From NCBI GenBank assembly GCA_965203055.1, contig OZ241863.1, forward strand, positions 2,176,001-2,240,000: a stretch of DNA of 64,000 nucleotides, written 5' to 3'. The stretch is from Spirochaetia bacterium. Its GTDB lineage: Bacteria > Spirochaetota > Spirochaetia > SZUA-6 > Bin103. Below, piece after piece: positions 48,801-54,594 of this stretch (positions within the stretch are counted from its first letter, which is position 1; each line of letters begins with the position of its first letter). The notes beneath the pieces were generated by a model. That model was not told the DNA's origin. It searched no databases and saw nothing but the letters and a program-made list of their open reading frames with translations. A program made the position numbers and the translations under genes.

Positions 48801-48866
48801 CGCTTCCTGGTATGCCGCGACCCGCAGACCCTCGGCCAGCACCTGACGGCAGTTCATTCACGGTAG
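45834..48866 (+). CDS. res: Type III R-M restriction helicase-nuclease (Res)
   Basis: FCQLEAVET, MATGSGKT, NDEGHH, SATP, QVVGRGLRR, C-terminal YEPDF...EIKG; TTG start overlaps the upstream stop. Confidence 0.9.
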   Translation: MSASDTDTDTQLPLQPVEEPIICSPYAEPAAHWLYDTGTGLPSKIEGRREAGYWFKTERAGSAQQALFAEEERDDLPLVNVLRADVRRWRRAGWPGSSPITKKLLRHWWREDRSRRLFFCQLEAVETVIYLRELLARGRKPRWTPRLSLREFELLGKGRNPRPEEWVAKVAQPPKLADFPNSSGGRPIPRYACKMATGSGKTVVMAMLAAWSFCNRGAAPADPRFPRRALVVCPNLTIKERLQVLRPAAPGNYYEEFDLVPSALRPELAKGRVLVTNWHRLSPDSEEIRVGTVAVGRIGEETPEAFARNRLGDLYDGEPLLVLNDEGHHAYRPAPAADDLPATARAEREAATVWVDGLDRINAACGIDVCIDLSATPFYLQGSGYPEGSPFPWIVSDFSLVDAIECGITKIPRLPAADNTGQPDPKYFRLWEHVTRDLRPGERLTRGRPKPEVVYRKVEDALLTLAGEWKERFEQAQAAAPGQDRTPPVMIVVCDNTAIATHFHRMISGEEPDADHPQQKRYGSGIKGFPELWNAAGGQYTLRIDSKLLEAAESGDPAATRKDAAEELRRIVATIGRPGAPGARIRCVISVNMLSEGWDANNVTHILGLRAFSSQLLCEQVVGRGLRRMDYTPDPETGLLTAEYVDIFGVPFSLIPFKGRAPGAPAPADDSAPKHEVTALPERQAFEIRFPVVEGYVISLERHRVTCDVAQVERTALDPASVPVDTFVRPQVGYKVGAPGHYGGFGFESVDRQQYYAAHHPQTIAFEIARDVVRQLTDAADGGNGAANGNGAARQVARHALFPQALRIVQAYLRERVDLRGCHPCEIGLQTYAERIAALLAAAIRPHDSQGERPPLPRLNRYQPLGSTARVRFKTARPVQATQASHLNYVACDTGSWEQAAAVRLERLAGQGIVECYARNDHLEFTIPYQHYGDGEPRAYEPDFIVRLTNGLHVVLEIKGQSRADTDAKHEAAKRWVRAVNHWRRLGEWRFLVCRDPQTLGQHLTAVHSR

Positions 48867-49508
48867 AAGACGCGCCTGAACCACGCCACGAATGCCAAGG
48901 CCGCGGCGCTGTCGTGGCCGAAGTACTTGGCTCGAATGGCCGTGCCATAGGGCACCCCGGGTCTCTCTTGCCAGGCGAGCCACGCGTGCAGGACGGCCTT
49001 GCGCCGTGCGCTGTCGGGAAAGCGTGCGCCTCGCTCCTGCGCATGTTGGGTCGAGGTATCCGCGAGCGGCAGCAGCGGGTCCTTACTCTCGACGAGGTCG
49101 CGCAAGAACTCCTCCAAGGCGCCCGACCGCTGGTTGTCCGGCATCAACCAGACGCCTACGCGCGCCTGCACCAAGCCCGCATCGCCGGCCTTCCGGGGGA
49201 ATCTCGTCTGGCAGCGTCACGCCGACTGGTTTGAGTCGGCCACAAACGGCACTCCATCGATCTCCCGGGACCTCGTCGGCATCCAGTACGAACCCTATCG
49301 ATCGACCGGTACTGGCATTCACATCGGTCTGCATCCCTGCAAGCAGCCGATCTGCTCCGCCGGACGGATCCTCTTCATCACCACGGGCGTGTTTGATGCG
49401 GACCGGGATGCTCTCGCAGTCGACGCCGTGCCTCAACAGCAGATGAACGATGGCGTGAGTATCGTCATTGCCTTCGACGCGGAGGATAGACGGCTCGATT
49501 TGGGGCAC
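48854..49508 (-). pseudogene. DUF3226-like TOPRIM protein, frameshifted near 49188
   Basis: N-half RVEGNDD...IGFVLDAD (49083..49508) and C-half GVWLMPDN..GALEEFL..KA..HAWLAWQ (48854..49174) are in different frames. Confidence 0.75.
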
Positions 49509-49511
49509 CGG

Positions 49512-50594
49512 TCAGCGGAGCTCGATCTCTTGGTCGCCGGCTATTGCGATCTCTTCGCCGGCGAAGCACACGGCGCGCTCCAGCGACGGGTGCACTTTCT
49601 GTATGGAGACTTCCCCGGCGAGATCAGGCCGCGACTTCACCAGCGACCCGAGCCCTCGAATGGAGTCATAGCTGTGCGTCGTCGCGAAAACCTGCACGTC
49701 GGACTCTTTCGCCACTTGGATGAGAAGCCGCCACACGTCTTCCATGACGGTCCAGTGCAGGCCGGCATCGATCTCGTCGATCAGCAGGAATCCATGGTTC
49801 GCTCCGTGCAGGGCAAGCCGCAACGCGAGCAAGCGCCGCAAACCGTCTCCGTAACTGCCGATCGGCATCCGCCGGCCTCCTTCACGGCGTCCCACCAGGA
49901 TCGTTTTGCCCCTCGTTCTGTCCCCCGTCAGGAAATAGATCGAGGCGATCTCCGGCACGAGGAGCTGCATGTCCCGCGCGATTTCGTCCTCGCGTCCCTC
50001 GGCAATCACTTCGTCCCATGCGTCGCTCATCCTGGCATCCACCAGAGAACCCATATCCAGAAAGCGGACCGGAGGTTCGGAGGAGCCGTTGCGCCGGTAT
50101 CTCGGCCAGAGCTGATACAAGAGCGTACCTTCCTTGTCCACCGGCAACACGGTCGATCTCTCGGTCCCGGTGGCGATGCGCAGGCCAAATTCCGGATCGG
50201 TCTCGTCTTCTACATCAAGCGCACGCTGCCGCGTTCGACTTCTCATTAGGTCCCAGCGTTCGGCATCTTCCCCGACGTCATCAAGCGAAAGAATCGTCGC
50301 TGATATATCGTGCTGCTCCGACTTCAACACGAAACGAGTTCCGGGTTGGCACACATGGCCGGAGAACAGATGGGAGATGTCCACTCCATACCGCAACGAG
50401 CCAGTTTCGCGCCGCCGCCGGGCGACCTCTGCGAAGGCTGAGGGCCGGCCGTTGGAGACGAGCAGCTCGACCGCTTCGAGGACGGTCGTCTTGCCGCAGT
50501 TGTTCTTGCCGACGATCAGGTTCACCCTCGTCAAGTCAGTCAGCCGATAGGAATCGAAGCCGCGGAATCCGCGCAGCTCAAGCGTCTTCATCAT
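49512..50594 (-). CDS. ABC-type ATPase (AAA_15/AAA_21-like)
   Basis: LRGFRGF, GKNNCGKTT, YGDG, IDEIDAGLH, TTHS. Confidence 0.88.
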   Translation of the reverse strand: MMKTLELRGFRGFDSYRLTDLTRVNLIVGKNNCGKTTVLEAVELLVSNGRPSAFAEVARRRRETGSLRYGVDISHLFSGHVCQPGTRFVLKSEQHDISATILSLDDVGEDAERWDLMRSRTRQRALDVEDETDPEFGLRIATGTERSTVLPVDKEGTLLYQLWPRYRRNGSSEPPVRFLDMGSLVDARMSDAWDEVIAEGREDEIARDMQLLVPEIASIYFLTGDRTRGKTILVGRREGGRRMPIGSYGDGLRRLLALRLALHGANHGFLLIDEIDAGLHWTVMEDVWRLLIQVAKESDVQVFATTHSYDSIRGLGSLVKSRPDLAGEVSIQKVHPSLERAVCFAGEEIAIAGDQEIELR

Positions 50595-51073
50595 CAGGCG
50601 CGGGCGACCCACGCTACGCCGGTGCCGGTGGTTTGGCGGATGCGTTCGCTGAGCTGGCCGGTGTGGTGCTGGAGATGGCGCAGATTGTAGGCCAGCCGCT
50701 CCACCGGGCCGAACGGCAGCCACGAGAAGCCCGACTCGGCGCCCAGGTCCAGCGCCGCGATCTGCCGGCGCGCGTGGCCGCGGCAGAACTCCAGGAACTC
50801 CAGGATATTCTCCCGCGTATAGGCGGCCGCCTCCTTACCGAGATCCTCGGCGCCGTCGCGGTGTCCGCTCCAGGGGCGGTGCTCCGCTACGGTCCGAAAC
50901 AGGTAGAGATGCGCGTAGAACAGGGCACGGTAGGCGATGTGCCAGAACCGGTTGACCTGCTCGGCGCTGTCCCAGGCGTCATCCGGGCACGCCCGCACCG
51001 CCGCCTCCAGCATGTTCAGGCCGGCCCGGAATTGGGCATCGAACGCGGTACGAATGGAATCTTCTGCTGCCAC
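50594..51073 (-). CDS. DinB-superfamily protein, copy 1
   Basis: ACPDDAW, FWHIAYRALFY, NLRHLQHHTGQL. Confidence 0.82.
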   Translation of the reverse strand: MAAEDSIRTAFDAQFRAGLNMLEAAVRACPDDAWDSAEQVNRFWHIAYRALFYAHLYLFRTVAEHRPWSGHRDGAEDLGKEAAAYTRENILEFLEFCRGHARRQIAALDLGAESGFSWLPFGPVERLAYNLRHLQHHTGQLSERIRQTTGTGVAWVARA

Positions 51074-51170
51074 GGTTCGATGGTAGGCCACAACGGGGGT
51101 ACTATCAACAGCGAACCGATGGACGCCGCCAGCGCCAGCCTGCCGATCAACCTTGCCAACCTGCTCCACG
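50609..51170. repeat. 562-bp direct repeat, copy 1 (pairs with 52961-53522)
   Basis: Near-identical and colinear at a constant offset of 2352 nt; contains the DinB gene and the 5' end of the divergent ATP-binding gene. Confidence 0.92.
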
Positions 51171-51190
51171 GCCGCGGTGTCGAGTCGGTA
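51119..51190 (+). pseudogene. 5' stub of AlbA_2/Schlafen-like ATP-binding gene
   Basis: MDAASASLPINLANLLHGRGVES, then the sequence switches to a res-derived fragment. Confidence 0.55.
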
Positions 51191-51195
51191 TCGCT

Positions 51196-51255
51196 CGGCG
51201 CCCGCAGCCGACGACCTGCCGGCGGCCACGCGGACCGGGCGCGAGGCGGCCACGG
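51196..51255 (+). repeat. 60-bp diverged copy of res segment 46831-46890
   Basis: 54/60 identical by manual ungapped alignment. Confidence 0.85.
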
Positions 51256-51261
51256 AGCAGG

Positions 51262-52620
51262 TCAGTAGAGGCGGTCGGATACGAACGGCGTGTTGTCTCG
51301 AGCGATGCGGCCCTTGTTCACCAGCAGAGTCCGAATCGCCAGCGGCGAAACCTGAAAGTGCTCGGCGACCTCCGTCTGTCTTTCCTCCGAAATGTCGATG
51401 TCCAACATGTCGTCCACCGCATCGTATGGACACAACAGCTCGGCCGCAAACGCACGCTGCGCCTTCTGGCGGTAGCTGTGCGCCCGGGTCGCGGGCAAGA
51501 GACGTTCAACGCCGTCGACCAGCCGATCGCCGATCAACCGAGCGAGATCGAAGCGGCGGCCGGTCTCCCACTTCGGCCTGAGCGCCAAGCGCGACCGATT
51601 GCCGTCGCCGGCGATGAAAAATGACAGTTCGTCGGAGCACACCGAGATATTCTCGATGGCGCTCATGGTCGTTCCCGCAAGGTCTGCAAGGCGGGCGTTG
51701 CAGACAGGATCGGTGCCGAGATTCTCTTGACGGCGGATCGCGCGAGCAGCGTCTTCTCCGGTCTGCCAGGCCGGGTTCTCGGCCCACTCCCGGTTCTCGA
51801 AATTCAACCGAACCGCGGCGCCGGCATTCGCATCGAAACCGCGATCGATCGAAATTTGCCGGAGCGCGGAAGCGGACGCCACGTTTGCCCCCCTGTCAAG
51901 ATGGGCGGCATGGGCAGCCAACTCTTCCACCGCATTGTCACCTATTTCTTTCGCATCGTCGAGATAGCTGCTGATGGTCCGTTCGTCGATCTCGTCCGGG
52001 TCAAAGCCAAGCCGCGCTTCCAGCCGACGAAAGCGGGTGCTGTCAGGATCTGTGCGCTCCGTCCGGAGATCGTTCCAGAGTCGATGAAGATTGGTATCGT
52101 GGACGTTGGCGTTGTCGAGAATCCCCAGAACCTGACGGGCGAACCGGTCGATTTCCGCTTCCAGGTCACCGGCTGGGACGACCTCCATCCTCGCGGCTCC
52201 CAAATACCGAAACGGCACCGCCTTGAGTTCTTGCGAAGGTTCGGCGATCACGGCGCATCGAAACCCGTCCGAAGAAATCACGACATTAGGCCACACGTAG
52301 CCTTCGCCAATCGTGGCGGTACGGTGCGCCGAGTCCCAGCGACGGAGGACGTCCCGGCCATGTTTTCCCGGAGGCCCCGGAGGACCAGGTTCCCACCGCA
52401 GGCGCCACCAGTTCCAGATCAGCCATTCGGCGAAGTGGTAGCCGGAAACCCTCGGTCCTGTGGCGTATCCTTGGACATGATCATCGAATCCCTCGGTCAT
52501 GAGCCGGCCGTTCACGGTGATCTCAAGCAGACCGAACCCTGCTCTTTCTTCTTCTTGTCCGTGATCGAGCGGTTGCGGGTCGAGGCGAAAAGTCACGGTG
52601 TCCTGCTTCTGGCGAGCCAC
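51262..52620 (-). CDS. Uncharacterised protein with C-terminal ImmA/IrrE (M78)-like fold lacking HExxH
   Basis: RRFDLARLIGD at the HExxH position; QRAFAAELLCP; VAEHFQVS HTH-like tail; lower GC. Confidence 0.65.
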   Translation of the reverse strand: MARQKQDTVTFRLDPQPLDHGQEEERAGFGLLEITVNGRLMTEGFDDHVQGYATGPRVSGYHFAEWLIWNWWRLRWEPGPPGPPGKHGRDVLRRWDSAHRTATIGEGYVWPNVVISSDGFRCAVIAEPSQELKAVPFRYLGAARMEVVPAGDLEAEIDRFARQVLGILDNANVHDTNLHRLWNDLRTERTDPDSTRFRRLEARLGFDPDEIDERTISSYLDDAKEIGDNAVEELAAHAAHLDRGANVASASALRQISIDRGFDANAGAAVRLNFENREWAENPAWQTGEDAARAIRRQENLGTDPVCNARLADLAGTTMSAIENISVCSDELSFFIAGDGNRSRLALRPKWETGRRFDLARLIGDRLVDGVERLLPATRAHSYRQKAQRAFAAELLCPYDAVDDMLDIDISEERQTEVAEHFQVSPLAIRTLLVNKGRIARDNTPFVSDRLY

Positions 52621-52964
52621 TCTCGAATCACCTCTTCACGCATTGCCCTGTCGTCCACACCCAGTCGATACCCGTGATAGCTTCGTCCTTCGTGCCCCAG
52701 TTTCGCCTCGTAAGGCTCTCCGTCCTGATCTACTGACCAGACATATTTCGGGTAACCACTCATGCGATACGTGCTCACCATTCCAAGCCTCAGACCATCG
52801 ATGAGGAGCCTCTTAGCTTCGTCCCTTCTGATCACCCGCTTACTGTCGCACAGTGATTTGTGTGGTCGTGGACTGGGCGGACCGTGGAATCCATAGTCGG
52901 CGGGTATCGTTTCGGCATTCGCAGCCTCCTGACGCGGGGGCCGGATCAGTCGGGGCCGAGCCAC
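52593..52964 (-). CDS. Small basic hypothetical protein with disrupted 5' end
   Basis: DYG...PRP.KSLCD...YPKYVW...YEAKL....YHGY. A strong SD + ATG at 52918 is one base out of frame. Overlaps the downstream gene by 28 nt. Confidence 0.5.
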   Translation of the reverse strand: MARPRLIRPPRQEAANAETIPADYGFHGPPSPRPHKSLCDSKRVIRRDEAKRLLIDGLRLGMVSTYRMSGYPKYVWSVDQDGEPYEAKLGHEGRSYHGYRLGVDDRAMREEVIREWLARSRTP

Positions 52965-53425
52965 GGTACGCCGGTGCCGGTGGTTTGGCGGATGCGTTCG
53001 CTGAGCTGGCCGGTGTGGTGCTGGAGATGGCGCAGATTGTAGGCCAGCCGCTCCACCGGGCCGAACGGCAGCCAGGAGAAGCCCGACTCGGCGTCCAGGT
53101 CCAGCGCCGCGATCTGCCGGCGCGCGTGGCCGCGGCAGAACGCCAGGAACTCCAGGATATTCTCCCGCGTATAGAGGGCCGCCTCCTTACCGAGATCCTC
53201 GGCGCCGTCGCGGTGTCCGCTCCAGGGGCGGTGCTCCGCTACGGTCCGGAACAGGTAGAGATGCACGTAGAACAGGGTGTGGTAGGCGATGTGCCAGAAC
53301 CGGTTGACCTGCTCGGCGCTGTCCCAGGCGTCGTCCGGGCACGCCCGCACCGCCGCTTCCAGCATGTTCAGGCCGGCCCGAAATTGGGCATCGAACGCGG
53401 TACGAATGGAATCTTCTGCTGCCAC
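52946..53425 (-). CDS. DinB-superfamily protein, copy 2
   Basis: FWHIAYHTLFY and NLRHLQHHTGQL; putative His triad intact. Confidence 0.85.
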   Translation of the reverse strand: MAAEDSIRTAFDAQFRAGLNMLEAAVRACPDDAWDSAEQVNRFWHIAYHTLFYVHLYLFRTVAEHRPWSGHRDGAEDLGKEAALYTRENILEFLAFCRGHARRQIAALDLDAESGFSWLPFGPVERLAYNLRHLQHHTGQLSERIRQTTGTGVPWLGPD

Positions 53426-53522
53426 GCTTCGATGGTAGGCCACAACGGGGGTACTATCAACAGCGAGCCCATGGACGCCGCCAGCGCCAGCCTGCCGATC
53501 GACCTTGCCAACCTGCTCCACG
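52961..53522. repeat. 562-bp direct repeat, copy 2
   Basis: Matches 50609-51170. Confidence 0.92.
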
Positions 53523-54560
53523 CGCGCGTGCCGTGGGACGACCGCCGGGCGCTGCAGGGGAGCCTCGCCGACCTGCGCGAAATGACGGTACGGGAGCACC
53601 TGCACGAGATCGGCAGCGGCCTGATCGCGGAGTCCGATGCAGCGGAGATCTACCGTCGCATGGGGATCACCATGCGGGTCAACGACCACGACGTGCCGCG
53701 CCACGTCGGGCTGCTGTTCTTCGCCGCCGAGCCGACCCGCTGGTTTCGCGGCGCCTGGATCGACTGCGCGCTGTTCGCCGCCGGCGGCAGCGGTGACGTC
53801 CAGGACGAGCGGGAGTTTCGCGGCGCGCTGGCGCAGCAGGCGCGCGACTGCCTGCAGTACCTGTACGCGCGGTCGCCGGTCCACCTGCGCAAGGTGCCGG
53901 AACGGATCGAGGCGCGCCGCTGGCGCGCCTGGCCGGAGACGGCGCTGCGCGAGACTCTGGTGAACGCGCAGCTACGAACCCGACGCGGTGGAGCCTACCA
54001 AGGTGTACCTGTACCCGGACCGCGTGGAGATCATCAGCTATCCGGGGCCGGCGGCGGGGCTGGAGGCGGAACACTTTGCGCTGCGCTCCCCGTTCCCGAT
54101 GGTACCGGCGCGCAACCGCCGCATCGGCGAGTTCTTCAAGGAGCTGGGCCTGGCCGGGGCGCGGCTGACCGGGCTGCGCAAGGTGGCCGCGGCGATGGCC
54201 GCCAACGGCTCCCCTGCGCCGCGTTACGACTTCGACCCGCAGCGCACCTACTTCCGCGCCACGCTGCCGGCGCATGCGGAATACGCCGCGCTGTCCGCGG
54301 TGCGAGACGCCGCCGAGCTGCGCGCCCTGGGCGACGCGGAGGCGGCGCACGCCCTGCTCGAGTCGGCCTGGGAATCGAACCCGGCGTCGGCGGCGCTGGC
54401 CGCCGAGCTGATCCGGTCGCACGCCGCGCGCGGCGAGCCGGACCGGGCGGAGCGGGTGCTGGACCGCTTCGGGGAGCGCGCGCCGGACGGCGCGCGGCGC
54501 GCGCTAGCGGAAGCGCTGGCCGCGGTCCGCCGCGGGCGCCGGACGCCGCCGCGCGCTTGA
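53471..54560 (+). pseudogene. AlbA_2/HATPase_c_4-type ATP-binding protein with internal deletion and frameshift
   Basis: LLH is joined directly to ARVPWDDR; GLLFF; ALRETLVNA then a frameshift to SYEP...YPDRVEIISYPG...RNRRIGEFFKELGL...TG. Confidence 0.72.
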
Positions 54561-54594
54561 CGGACGGCGCGCGCCCGCCCACGCTGCAGCCAGC

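Noticed and set aside
50609..53522. Repeat pair as DGR template and variable regions
   Set aside because: No reverse transcriptase in the window, and the differences are not confined to adenines.
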